NCBI GenBank assembly: GCA_963753045.1
Contig: CAVWAT010000011.1
Coordinates: forward strand, 21,306-85,305
DNA from: an uncultured Alphaproteobacteria bacterium
GTDB lineage: Bacteria > Pseudomonadota > Alphaproteobacteria > Rhizobiales > Hyphomicrobiaceae
Reading direction: 5' to 3'
DNA length: 64,000 bases
Below are positions 50,778 through 60,893 of this stretch, one piece after another. Below the pieces are notes generated by a model. It was not told the DNA's origin, did not search any database, and saw only the letters and a list, made by a program, of their open reading frames with translations. Both the position numbers and the translations under genes were made by a program. Position 1 is the stretch's first letter, and the number at the start of each line of letters is the position of its first letter.

Positions 50778-52435
50778 TGTACAGCTACGATGAATTCGAC
50801 CGTGACTTCCTGCGCGACCGGAACCGAGAGTTCCGCACGCAGGTCGAGCGCCGTCTGGCTGGTCAACTCTCCGAGGACGAGTTCAAGCCGCTGCGGCTGA
50901 TGAACGGCCTCTACCTGCAGCTCCATGCTTACATGCTGCGGGTGGCGATCCCCTACGGTGTGCTATCCGCCCGCCAGCTCCGCCAGCTGGGCATGATCTC
51001 GCGCCGCTGGGACAAGGGGTTCGGACACTGGACAACCCGCCAGAACATCCAGTTCAACTGGATCAAGCTGGTCGACGTTCCAGATATTTTGGAAGCCCTG
51101 GCCGAAGTCGACATGCACGCTATCCAGACCAGCGGCAATTGCATTCGCAACGTCACAGCCGACCCCTTCGCGGGTGCCGCCGCCGACGAAATCGAGGATC
51201 CACGGATCTGGGCGGAAGTTCTTCGGCAGTGGTCGACCAACCATCCCGAATTCACCTTCCTGCCGCGCAAGTTCAAGATCGCCATCACGGGCGCACTTGA
51301 AGACCGCGCGGCCATTGCCTTCCACGACATCGGCATCCGTATTGTCGGCGGTCCAAATGCAACCATTGGTTTCCGTATCTATGTTGGTGGCGGACAAGGT
51401 CGCACGCCTTATGTCGCGCAGGAGATGAAAGAATTCCTGCCACCCGAGCAGTTGCTATCGTACCTGGAAGCCATGCTGCGCGTCTATAATCTGCACGGCC
51501 GGCGGGACAACATCTACAAGGCGCGTATCAAGATCCTGGTCAATGCGATTGGCGTCGACGCCTACCGCAATCAGGTGGAAGAAGAGTGGGAGCGCATCCG
51601 CGGCGAGGAGATCGATCTGCCCGCGGATGAGGTCGCCCGCATCCGGGCGCACTTCGCGCCGCCGGAACTTCCTGCCAAGCCCGTCGACAATACCGAACTG
51701 CGGAAGGCGCGCGCCCAAGACAGCGGCTTCGACCGTTGGGTTCGTCACAATGTGCTCCCTCATAAGAATCCCGACCACGCAATCGTCTCGGTCGCCTTCA
51801 AGGAGTTCGGTCGCCCACCCGGAGATGCAACCGCCGAGGAAATGCAGCGGGTCGCGGATGCTGCCGACAGGTACAGCCGCGGTGAGGTTCGTGTGACCTA
51901 CACACAAAACCTGATCTTGCCGAACGTCGCGCGGGCCGATCTCGTCGATCTCTACGAAGACCTGAAGTTCGCCGGCCTGGTCGCCGGCAACACGGATCTC
52001 ATCACCGACATCATCGCCTGCCCGGGCCTTGACTACTGCAACTTGGCCAACGCCCGCTCACTTCCCATCGCGCAGGACATTACCGCGCGCTTCGCCGATC
52101 CCGAGCGGGCCGAAGCGGTTGGCGAATTGCGGCTCAACATCTCCGGTTGCATCAACGCCTGCGGGCACCATCATTCCGGCCACATCGGCATTCTCGGCGT
52201 CGATAAGAAGGGCACCGAGCACTATCAGATCACGCTCGGCGGGTCGCCTGGCGACGACGCCGCGATCGGCGACATCGTCGGACCGAGTTTCCCAGCCGAA
52301 GACGTACCCGATGCCATCGAAATAATCGTCGATACTTATCTGGCCCAGCGCCGAGATGACGAGACCTTCCTCGCCACCTACGCCCGCGTCGGAGCCGACC
52401 CCTTCAAGGAGGCCCTCTATGGAACACCGCGTTGA
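50777..52435 (+). CDS. cysI: Sulfite/nitrite reductase hemoprotein (ferredoxin-type)
   Basis: TTRQNIQ, GNCIRN, LPRKFKI, ACPGLDYC..SGCINACG. Confidence 0.93.
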   Translation: MYSYDEFDRDFLRDRNREFRTQVERRLAGQLSEDEFKPLRLMNGLYLQLHAYMLRVAIPYGVLSARQLRQLGMISRRWDKGFGHWTTRQNIQFNWIKLVDVPDILEALAEVDMHAIQTSGNCIRNVTADPFAGAAADEIEDPRIWAEVLRQWSTNHPEFTFLPRKFKIAITGALEDRAAIAFHDIGIRIVGGPNATIGFRIYVGGGQGRTPYVAQEMKEFLPPEQLLSYLEAMLRVYNLHGRRDNIYKARIKILVNAIGVDAYRNQVEEEWERIRGEEIDLPADEVARIRAHFAPPELPAKPVDNTELRKARAQDSGFDRWVRHNVLPHKNPDHAIVSVAFKEFGRPPGDATAEEMQRVADAADRYSRGEVRVTYTQNLILPNVARADLVDLYEDLKFAGLVAGNTDLITDIIACPGLDYCNLANARSLPIAQDITARFADPERAEAVGELRLNISGCINACGHHHSGHIGILGVDKKGTEHYQITLGGSPGDDAAIGDIVGPSFPAEDVPDAIEIIVDTYLAQRRDDETFLATYARVGADPFKEALYGTPR

Positions 52436-53555
52436 TCTGAGAACCGCCACGATAGCAGATACGTCTACCGGGATTACTGAGTTACCTGTAACGGCGTCTC
52501 GCGATGAACGCACGGCAGCCGTTGTGGAAGCGGTCTTGCACGACAAGGCCATCGCTATTCCCTTCGCCAAGTTTAACGACGGGCGCGGCTTCAGCGTCGC
52601 TCACCTGCTTCGTAGCGACCACGGTTTTCGCGGAGAAGTTCGTGCCACGGGACACGTGATCCCCGACCAGGCCCTACATCTACTGCGCGCTGGCTTCGAT
52701 ACCGCCAATCTGAAGACCACAGAGTCACTCCTCCATTGGCGCAGATCACTATCCCACTACCAAGGCGCCTATCAGAAAGCTGCTCGCAATCCCTTGATGC
52801 AGCGCCGGCTGGCAAGCCAGCACATCAAAGGCGAGCAACGTGCCGCAACCCTTTCCGATCAGCTTGAAAAGATGCCGGATCTAACCGAACGCATCCGCAG
52901 CATCGCCGGCTCAACTAATGGCCGTCTCGCCTTCTCGACCAGCCTCGGCGAGGAAGACCAGGCAATTCTCCACGCCATCTGCGATGCAGGCATCGACGTT
53001 GATGTGTTCACACTCGACACGCTGCGGCATTTCCCCGAGACCGTGGAAACTCTGCAGCGGACCGAACAGCATTACGGCATCCGCATCCGCGTCGTGACAC
53101 CTGATCCGACTGATCTGGAGGAGCTGATTGATCGCGACGGCGAATTGGGTTTCCGGACATCGGTGAATTCGCGCAAGGCATGCTGCATGATCCGCAAGGT
53201 GCTCCCGCTCAACCGCGCCCTGAAAGGCAGCGCCGGATGGATCACCGGATTGCGCCGCGGACAATCCACCGAACGCTCCGATATTGCCCATGCGGTCTGG
53301 GATACGAGCCTTGAGTTGATCAAGACGAGCCCGCTGGCCGATTGGACCGATACGCAGCTCAACGATTACATCGCCGCAAACAGCATCCCCGTGAATCCAC
53401 TTCACGCCAAGGGCTTCACCTCCATTGGCTGTGAGCCCTGCACGCGCGCCGTTGGCCCAGGCGAAGGTCCCCGCGCTGGCCGTTGGTGGTGGGAAAACGA
53501 GGATGGCAAGGAATGTGGTTTGCATGGCAACGAGCGCCAACTCGAGGTCGCCTGA
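52419..53555 (+). CDS. cysH: DUF934::APS reductase (CysH) fusion
   Basis: N-half FAKFNDGRGFS..LR..GEVRATGHVIPDQ; C-half LDT..HFPET, CCMIRKV, WITGLRR, SIGCEPCT, ECGLH. Confidence 0.85.
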   Translation: MEHRVDLRTATIADTSTGITELPVTASRDERTAAVVEAVLHDKAIAIPFAKFNDGRGFSVAHLLRSDHGFRGEVRATGHVIPDQALHLLRAGFDTANLKTTESLLHWRRSLSHYQGAYQKAARNPLMQRRLASQHIKGEQRAATLSDQLEKMPDLTERIRSIAGSTNGRLAFSTSLGEEDQAILHAICDAGIDVDVFTLDTLRHFPETVETLQRTEQHYGIRIRVVTPDPTDLEELIDRDGELGFRTSVNSRKACCMIRKVLPLNRALKGSAGWITGLRRGQSTERSDIAHAVWDTSLELIKTSPLADWTDTQLNDYIAANSIPVNPLHAKGFTSIGCEPCTRAVGPGEGPRAGRWWWENEDGKECGLHGNERQLEVA

Positions 53556-53624
53556 CAACCACACCGCAATTTGGTCGAATTCTCAGAGGCGCCCGCCCTG
53601 CACCACAGAAAAAGCCTCTGACAT

Positions 53625-53660
53625 CAGGGTAGCGGTCCCCCCGCTGCCCTGTTTGTTTTT
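53625..53660 (+). terminator. Intrinsic terminator after the cys operon
   Basis: cagggtagcgg..ccgctgccctg plus tttgttttt. Confidence 0.7.
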
Positions 53661-53877
53661 GGGATCACGCTTAACCGAACAATAACCGTCTCCGCGCGAA
53701 AATCAGCTGCAGAAGCCAGCGCAGGAAGAATGGAAGCGTCCGACCGAACTTTCTTCAACAGTCTGACCGGCCTGTGTCGTCAGGAACAGCAGGACGCCGG
53801 CTCCTCCCGCATAGTGGGTTCATCAGACGGCAAGAACAAACCGCCACAAATACTCAAGCAATTCGGGAGCAGGAACC

Positions 53878-54147
53878 ATGAACACCAAGTTATTGACCGT
53901 ACTAACCTTCGCAGTTGTCGCCGTAACGTCCACTCAGGCTTCCGCCGTCAGCAGCTCTGTTAGAAATGCCTGTATCGGTGATTATCTTTCCTACTGCAGC
54001 TCCCACGCTCCCAACAGCCCCGGCGTCCGCCGCTGCATGCGCGCCAACGGTTCGAAGCTGTCGCGCCGCTGCGTCACCGCTCTGACCAAGGCTGGTTATG
54101 TTTCCAAGAGGAAGACGCGCCGCCGGGCCGCCAACTTGGGTCGGTAA
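53878..54147 (+). CDS. Small secreted cysteine-rich protein
   Basis: Signal peptide; AC..DY..YC..RCM..LS..C pattern. Confidence 0.8.
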   Translation: MNTKLLTVLTFAVVAVTSTQASAVSSSVRNACIGDYLSYCSSHAPNSPGVRRCMRANGSKLSRRCVTALTKAGYVSKRKTRRRAANLGR

Positions 54148-55150
54148 GACAGACTTCTCCTCAACGGTAGGATTATTCGGCGGGCCCAATCGGCGCGCCG
54201 TTTCTTTTTTACTGAAAGCCATGCGAAAATACTCGCCGACCCGGACATCAGCTCAGGACGCCCCGTCGGCAATCATGAAAACGCAACGCAGCCCGGATCA
54301 ACCATTCCCACTGTTACGGCGGACGACCCGACGCTACGCCCTGGCCACAGCAGCAACGCTGATAGCCGTCCTGCAATTGGCCTTCGCGCAAAACGTGAAC
54401 GCCAACAGCATCGACACCGCGCTTATTCTTGCTGTCGACACCAGTCAGTCCGTGAACCAGGAGCGCTTTCGCCTGCAAATGGACGGCATCGCGGCCGCGC
54501 TGGAAGACCCTGGTGTGATCAACACCATCCTCGGTGGCCCCCGCGGCGCCATCGCCATCATGCTGGTGTCATGGTCCGACCACTCGCATTTCCTGTTACC
54601 CTGGACTCTGGTCCGCTCCAAACAGGATGCCCTCGATACCGCCGGCCGGATCCGGCGCCTGCCGCGGCAGGTCGGCGAATACACCTGCATGGCGCGGATG
54701 CTGCGAACCCTGAAGGAAACCGTGCTCGAAAGCGTACCCTTCAATCCGCTGAAGACCGTCGTCGACGTTTCCGGTGACGGCATCGACAATTGCGAATCCG
54801 AAGCCAGCCTCACGCGGGCCAAGGACGACGTCGTCAAAACCGGCGCGGTTATCAATGGTCTGCCGATAATCGTCGACAGCACACGCCTTGTTGGGGAAGG
54901 CGCCTACCGTGCCCCAGGTGCCGGCCTAGTCCAGCTAATCCCTCCCGATCAACGCGAACGGATCACGCTCAAGTCCTGGTACGAGCGCAATGTCATCGGC
55001 GGTTTCGGCGCATTTACCATTGCTGCTAACGGGTATCGTGACTTCGCCCGGGCCATGCGCAGCAAGTTTGTCGTAGAGATCAGTTGGGCAGCCGAAGCAA
55101 ACCGCATTGACCCAGATGAGCTGCCACAGCCGACGGTCAAGCTGCGGTAA
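54098..55150 (+). CDS. DUF1194 vWA-domain exported protein (true start probably ~54220-54275)
   Basis: LILAVDTSQSV (MIDAS-like), VVDVSGDG..N, INGLPI, VIGG.GAF. Confidence 0.85.
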   Translation: MFPRGRRAAGPPTWVGKTDFSSTVGLFGGPNRRAVSFLLKAMRKYSPTRTSAQDAPSAIMKTQRSPDQPFPLLRRTTRRYALATAATLIAVLQLAFAQNVNANSIDTALILAVDTSQSVNQERFRLQMDGIAAALEDPGVINTILGGPRGAIAIMLVSWSDHSHFLLPWTLVRSKQDALDTAGRIRRLPRQVGEYTCMARMLRTLKETVLESVPFNPLKTVVDVSGDGIDNCESEASLTRAKDDVVKTGAVINGLPIIVDSTRLVGEGAYRAPGAGLVQLIPPDQRERITLKSWYERNVIGGFGAFTIAANGYRDFARAMRSKFVVEISWAAEANRIDPDELPQPTVKLR

Positions 55151-55297
55151 GGTCTTTGTGCATGAATATTGCGCCAAACCGAACTTTGTGTCAGCGTTTT
55201 ACATAACTCCGCCCTGCGCACAACATAGCTCCAACCCGTTGGCCGCGATTGGCCGGCTAGCTGGTAAGAGCTTCTGATCCAGGTATGAAGGCTGGAC

Positions 55298-56482
55298 GTG
55301 GCGCAAGAAGGTGGACGCAAGGGAGGATGGACGTTGCACTGGGAAGATTGGTCGCCGTGCACATGCGGCATCCACGTTGCTTTTAGCACCGCAGATTCGG
55401 TCGCGGACGCGATTGTCGAACTGCGCGCCAATCTTCCAGATCCAAGTTTCTCCCACCTGATCGCATTTTTCTCCCCCAGACACGATCCCTCAGCCGTCGT
55501 TGCTTGCCTGACAGAGGCTTTTCCAGGCACACCCTTCAGCGGTTGCACGACGTCCGGAGAGATTACACCGACCGGGAATTGCGGCGGCAGTATTCAGCTG
55601 ATCGCCTTTGAAGCGTCGCGCTTCCGCTTTGTCAGCGCGGTCATTGAGAACGCCAGCTGTTCCGGCGTTGAGGATGCCTCCCACCTGGCCCGCCGTCTGA
55701 AGACACAAATTTGCGACCAAGGCAATGCTGCCAACAAATTCGGCTTACTGTTAACCGACGGTCTTGCGAACCATGAAGAGACATTGGTTGCGGCTGTGAA
55801 TTGGGCTTTGGGCGACATTCAATTGATCGGTGGCTCGGCTGGCGACGACTTGCGCTTTAAGGATGCAGCTCTGATCCACAACGGTGGAGCCGTCAAAGAT
55901 GCCGCCATCTTGATGCTCGTCGAGACCGATGTTCCCTTTCACGCCTTCAAGACACAGAACTTCGATCCGACGCCGACCAAGCTCGTTATCACCGCAGCTG
56001 ATGCGGAGCGCCGCATCGTACAGGAATTCAACGCCGAACCGGCCGCCCTTGAATACGCCAACGCCATCGGGCTGATACCCAATGATCTTGGGCCGTTCAG
56101 CTTCGCCTCGCATCCACTCGTCGTGAAGGTTGGCAACGATTACTACTGCCGCTCTATCCGCAACATGAACCCGGACGGCAGTTTGTCGTTCTTTTGCGCG
56201 ATCGATGTTGGCCTAGTGCTGACCGTGGCCCGCCCGACTGATCTGGCCGAAGCAACCGAAGCCAAACTCGCCGAAGTCGACAAACTCTTGTCGGGTACGC
56301 AGTTGATCCTCGGCTTCGATTGCATCCTGAGACGCCTCGACGCCGAAAACCGCCAAATGGGCAACCGCATGGAAACGATCTACAAACGCCATAAGATCGT
56401 TGGCTTCCATACCTACGGGGAACAATACAACGCCATGCATTTAAACCAGACCCTAACCGGGATAGCATTTGGCGCACCATGA
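55298..56482 (+). CDS. FIST-domain sensor (NosP-like)
   Basis: GCTTSGEI, GGSAGDD, EFNAEPAA..YA, GFDCILR, GFHTYGEQ. Confidence 0.9.
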   Translation: MAQEGGRKGGWTLHWEDWSPCTCGIHVAFSTADSVADAIVELRANLPDPSFSHLIAFFSPRHDPSAVVACLTEAFPGTPFSGCTTSGEITPTGNCGGSIQLIAFEASRFRFVSAVIENASCSGVEDASHLARRLKTQICDQGNAANKFGLLLTDGLANHEETLVAAVNWALGDIQLIGGSAGDDLRFKDAALIHNGGAVKDAAILMLVETDVPFHAFKTQNFDPTPTKLVITAADAERRIVQEFNAEPAALEYANAIGLIPNDLGPFSFASHPLVVKVGNDYYCRSIRNMNPDGSLSFFCAIDVGLVLTVARPTDLAEATEAKLAEVDKLLSGTQLILGFDCILRRLDAENRQMGNRMETIYKRHKIVGFHTYGEQYNAMHLNQTLTGIAFGAP

Positions 56483-56552
56483 ACAGTAACGACCTCAACA
56501 CAGCCCGCTAAACGGGACCGTATTAGAGCCAAGCTCAGGCGAAACCGACCGC

Positions 56553-57899
56553 ATGCCCCAATCAACTCCACAAACCCTCAATCGACAGCTGGAAAAGCTT
56601 ACCAAGATTAACGCCGCGCTCATCGAACGTGTCGAACGGTCGGTCGAGCAGCAGGGCAACGCCTACTCTCTTTTCACCGCGGCAATCGGGCTGGAAAACC
56701 AGGTTCGCCAACGAACCGACGAGCTCCAGGAAGCCCTTGAAAGGCTTGAACGCTCCAACGATGCACTGGTCGACGCCCGCGACGAGGCAGAACGGGCCAA
56801 TGAAGCAAAGACGCGCTTCTTCACTGCTGTTGGCCACGATCTACTGCAGCCATTGCACGCCGCCCGGTTAACCGTCTCTGCACTGGGTGAAAGCAACGAG
56901 ATTTCCGAAAACAAGAAGCTCGCGGATCAGATCGACCACGCCCTGTCTTCGGTCGAGGATCTGCTGCGCACGATGCTCGACATCACCAAGATCGAAACCG
57001 GCGTTACCCAACCCGCCCCGCGACCGATGTCGCTGAGCGACCTGTTCCACTCTCTGCACGTTGATTTTGCCCCGATCGTGACTGAGAAGGGTCTCGCTCT
57101 CACTGTAGACGCGCACGGCTTGGACGTCGTTTCCGATCCACCCATGCTGCGCCGAATCCTTCAAAATCTGTTGTCGAACGCCGTGCGCTTCACCGATGTT
57201 GGGCAGGTCACGCTGCAGGCCGAGCGGCACGGCGACAAAGTCACGATCAAAGTCACGGACACCGGCCCAGGCATACCCGAGAATGACCGCTACCGAATCT
57301 TCGAAGAATTCCAAAGCGGCTCAAATGTGCGCCCGGCCCGCGATGGCGGCTTTGGGCTCGGGCTCTTCATCGTCAAGCGCATGGCGCACGCCTTGAATCA
57401 CTTGGTCACTTTGGACTCAGAACCCGGAACAGGCTCGACATTCACAGTGCATGTGCCGTTCGCGGGGCAAACCTCAAGCATCGTTGACAAGGCAAAGCGG
57501 GCAGAAACACGCAAGGCCCAGTATGGCTTCGCTGATGTCCACGTGATGGTGATCGAGAATGATCTCAACATCATCGCGGCCACTAAGACCTTGCTCGACC
57601 AGTGGAATTGCCAGACATTTCCAGCAACCGATCTCAAACAAATCGAAGACTACATCGCCACCGCCGAGCAGCCGCCGGCGATCATCCTCGCGGACTATCA
57701 CCTCGAAGACGATGAGTGCGGCCTGACAGGTGTGGCGCGGCTTCGCTCAGCCTGGAACACCCAAATCCCCGCGATTGTGATAACCGCGGACCACGGGACA
57801 CAGTCTGCTTCGGCGGTGAAGGCGGCCGACTGCGAACTCCTCTGCAAACCTATCCGGCCAGCAGAGCTACGTGCCTTGATGCAGCATTTGTTGAACTGA
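56553..57899 (+). CDS. Cytoplasmic hybrid histidine kinase (NahK-like)
   Basis: INAALIERVERS N-terminus, GHDLLQPL H-box, NLLSNA, DTGPGI, GFGLGL, receiver ILADY..KP. Confidence 0.92.
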   Translation: MPQSTPQTLNRQLEKLTKINAALIERVERSVEQQGNAYSLFTAAIGLENQVRQRTDELQEALERLERSNDALVDARDEAERANEAKTRFFTAVGHDLLQPLHAARLTVSALGESNEISENKKLADQIDHALSSVEDLLRTMLDITKIETGVTQPAPRPMSLSDLFHSLHVDFAPIVTEKGLALTVDAHGLDVVSDPPMLRRILQNLLSNAVRFTDVGQVTLQAERHGDKVTIKVTDTGPGIPENDRYRIFEEFQSGSNVRPARDGGFGLGLFIVKRMAHALNHLVTLDSEPGTGSTFTVHVPFAGQTSSIVDKAKRAETRKAQYGFADVHVMVIENDLNIIAATKTLLDQWNCQTFPATDLKQIEDYIATAEQPPAIILADYHLEDDECGLTGVARLRSAWNTQIPAIVITADHGTQSASAVKAADCELLCKPIRPAELRALMQHLLN

Positions 57900-57931
57900 G
57901 CGCACGCCACGCAACAGCGACAGTGCGACGC

Positions 57932-58597
57932 TCAAGCCCCGCTCAATCCCGTGGGCCTCTCGTCGGGCAACACGACCTTGGACACTTCGATCACCGCCTG
58001 CGTCCGCGATGCGACACCAAGCTTGCGCAGGATTTCGGAAACGTGCGCCTTCACCGTGGTCTCGCCAACGCTCAATTCGTGCGCGATCTGCTTGTTGAGC
58101 AAACCCTGCTTCAGCATATTCAGAACGCGCAGTTGCTGCGGCGTTAGCGACTTCAGCCGGGCAATGATCTCAACCGTCTCATTGGTCGCCGAATTGGGTG
58201 GCTCGTACCCCGGAGGCAGACACACCTCGCCGTTCATCACACCCTAAATCGCACCAGCGAGTTCCGGCTTGCGCACCGCTTTTGAGATGTATCCCGATGC
58301 GCCGCATGTCATCGCCCGATGTATCGTGTCTGGTTCTTCGATCGCCGAAACGATCACCACCGGAAGCTTCGGGTGCCGCGCCCGCAGTTCGAGGAGGCCT
58401 TCAAAGCCTCTGGTCCCCGGCATGTTGAGATCGAGGAGCACCAGATCGAAGACACCGCCCCCCTCGATGGCATCGAAGGCCGAAGCCAGGGAATTCGCCT
58501 CGGCGATCTGCGCCTCGGGAAAAGCCGTGTTAATGGCCAACTTCATGGCATCAAGAAACAGGGGGTGATCGTCAACGACGAGAAAACTCTCTGGCAT
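57932..58597 (-). pseudogene. NarL/LuxR response regulator (ErbR/AgmR-like) split by an in-frame TAG at 58244-58246
   Basis: VVDDHPLF, LLDLNMPG, GYISK receiver; LTPQQ..NKQIAHEL..TVKAHVSEILRKL HTH in the same frame after the stop. Confidence 0.85.
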
Positions 58598-58776
58598 GTT
58601 GCTGGTTTCCAGGAAGCTGGTTGCGACCGCAATGTCTGCCATAACTCTAGCCTTCACAACGTAAACTGCAATCGTGGCCGGGAAAATCATGCCTAGTGAA
58701 TAGAAAGGGGATAAGCAGTCGTGTACCGCTTACCCCCGAATTCGTCGATCGAGCCTGTGCTCAAACGTCGATCCGC

Positions 58777-60576
58777 TTACTTCGCAGCAAGGGACTTCGG
58801 CAGCTTGAAGGTCCAAACCATGCCGCCCTGATTCAGGTGCGCAACGGTCTTGGCGACTTCACCACCCCACAACGGAACAGCACCGCCCCAGCCGGAAACA
58901 ACCGTGATCATCTGCTCACCGTCCTGTTCCCAGGTGATCGGCGAACCAACGATGCCGGAGCCCGTGTTGAATTTCCAAAGCACCTTGCCGGTCTTGGCAT
59001 CGAGTGCTTTGAGGTACCCTTCAGGCGTGCCGGTAAAGACGAGACCGCCGCCCGTCGACAGAACACCACCCCACAACGGAGCGTTGTTCTTCATTGTCCA
59101 GACGATTTTACCGGTTGCCGGATCAACAGCCTTCAGAGCACCAATGTGATCGTCGAAGATCGGCTTAATCGTAAAGCCGGCGCCCAGGTACGCCGCACCA
59201 GCCTTGTAAGTAACCGGCTCGTTCCAAATATCCATGCCCCACTCGTTGGCGGGCACGTAGAACAATTTGGTGGCTGGCGAATAGGAGATCGGCATCCAGT
59301 TCTTACCGCCGAGGAAGCTCGGGATGGCGAAGACCGAGCTGCCCTTCTTGCCGTCTTTTGAGGCTGTTGGATCTCCGGGACGGTTGGCAGGATCGTAAAT
59401 CGGACGGCCGTTCTCATCGAGCCCAATCGCCCAGGTAATTTTCTCAACAAATGGGAAGCCGCGGATGAACTTACCGTTCTCGCGGTTCAGGACATAGAAG
59501 TAGCCGTTACGGTCGGCCGTACCGACTGCTTTGGTGCCGTCGAGGTCGAACGAGACGACTTCGTTGACGCCATCATAGTCCCAGCCGTCGTTGGGTGTGG
59601 TCTGGAAGCCCCACTTGATCTCACCGCTTTCCGGATCAATCGCGAGACGCGAGCACGACCATTTATTGTCGCCCGGACGCATATGGCTATTCCACGGCGC
59701 CGGGTTGCCGGTTCCCATGAAGATCAGCTTGGTGTCCGGATCGTAAGTGCCGCCGAGCCAAGTGGCTGCACCACCGGTCTTCCACAGATCGCCCGGCCAG
59801 CTTTCATTCTTCTTGCCGGTCATCGTGGAGTCTACGCCATTGAGCGTACCCATATGGCCTTCGATGGTGGGACGCGACCAGACTAGTTCGCCATCGTCGA
59901 TCTTGCGAGCTTCGACCCGGCCGATGATGCCGAATTCACCACCGGAAACACCGGTGACCAGCAGCGGCCCGTGTGCTTTGGAAGGTACTATGAGCGGAGC
60001 TGCTGTATACGAGTAGCCCTTCTTGTAATCGTCGATCTTCTTCTTCCAGACGACCTTGCCGGTCTTCCGGTCGAGCGCAACGAGCTTGGCGTCGAGCGTA
60101 CCGAAAATCACCTTGTCGCCGAACAGTGCGGCGCCACGGTTGATAACATCACAGCAAGGCAAAATGCCTTCGGGCAGCCGGGCATCGTACTGCCAAATCT
60201 CCTCGCCCGTTTTGGTGTCGATCGCCCACATACGGCTGTAGGACCCGGTGATGTACATCACGCCGTCCTTGACCAGCGGCTGGGTTTCCTGACCGCGCAT
60301 CTTTTCGCCGCCGAGCGACATCGTCCAGACCGGAACAATCATATCGACGTTGCCGGTATTGACCTTGTCGAGAGGGCTGTAACGCTGACCCTGCGGACCC
60401 AGGCCATTGCTGACTACGTCCTCAGTTGTCTTGGCGTCGTTAACGATGTCATCAATAGTGACATCTGCCAGTGATGGCTGCGAGATTGCAACCGACAGCG
60501 CAACCGCACTGGCGGAAAGTACCCACTTCCTCATGTTCGGCGTTCCCCTTGTTGCTAGTTTGTTGACCGAATTCAC
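58777..60576 (-). CDS. exaF: PQQ-dependent alcohol dehydrogenase, lanthanide-type (ExaF/PedH-like)
   Basis: Signal peptide, vicinal CC, W-rich beta-propeller repeats, active-site [19 protein letters not shown]. Confidence 0.9.
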   Translation of the reverse strand: MNSVNKLATRGTPNMRKWVLSASAVALSVAISQPSLADVTIDDIVNDAKTTEDVVSNGLGPQGQRYSPLDKVNTGNVDMIVPVWTMSLGGEKMRGQETQPLVKDGVMYITGSYSRMWAIDTKTGEEIWQYDARLPEGILPCCDVINRGAALFGDKVIFGTLDAKLVALDRKTGKVVWKKKIDDYKKGYSYTAAPLIVPSKAHGPLLVTGVSGGEFGIIGRVEARKIDDGELVWSRPTIEGHMGTLNGVDSTMTGKKNESWPGDLWKTGGAATWLGGTYDPDTKLIFMGTGNPAPWNSHMRPGDNKWSCSRLAIDPESGEIKWGFQTTPNDGWDYDGVNEVVSFDLDGTKAVGTADRNGYFYVLNRENGKFIRGFPFVEKITWAIGLDENGRPIYDPANRPGDPTASKDGKKGSSVFAIPSFLGGKNWMPISYSPATKLFYVPANEWGMDIWNEPVTYKAGAAYLGAGFTIKPIFDDHIGALKAVDPATGKIVWTMKNNAPLWGGVLSTGGGLVFTGTPEGYLKALDAKTGKVLWKFNTGSGIVGSPITWEQDGEQMITVVSGWGGAVPLWGGEVAKTVAHLNQGGMVWTFKLPKSLAAK

Positions 60577-60893
60577 GCTCTAATTGCGCCCAGGGTTTCG
60601 GTTTCGCCCAGGCGATTACTCAGCTGCAATGCAGCCTAGAAGGGCCTTTCAGGGATGAGAAAGCGCCAGTGGCGTATGGAAGGTGACACCAACCAAGGCT
60701 TTCCGTCTCCGGCACAGTTTCTTGCGAAAAAGGCCAGCGACACGGTAACGCAGGTGGTGCAAGGCTCTAATTGCCAAATAGTACAGGAAACCGGGCAATT
60801 CGGCGTGTCGAGAAAAGAAACTTTGGAAGCTAGCCCCGGACAAGCTGCATACCAAAAGAACAGAAACGTTTCCCAAGCGCCGCAATGCGGATC

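Noticed and set aside
11651-58246. Amber (TAG) recoding, suggested by in-frame TAGs in IS3-B orfB, ureE and the response regulator
   Set aside because: The expected residues differ (Lys, Trp, unknown), each TAG can arise by one substitution, and TAG terminates normal genes here (SulP at 39106, TetR at 43499).
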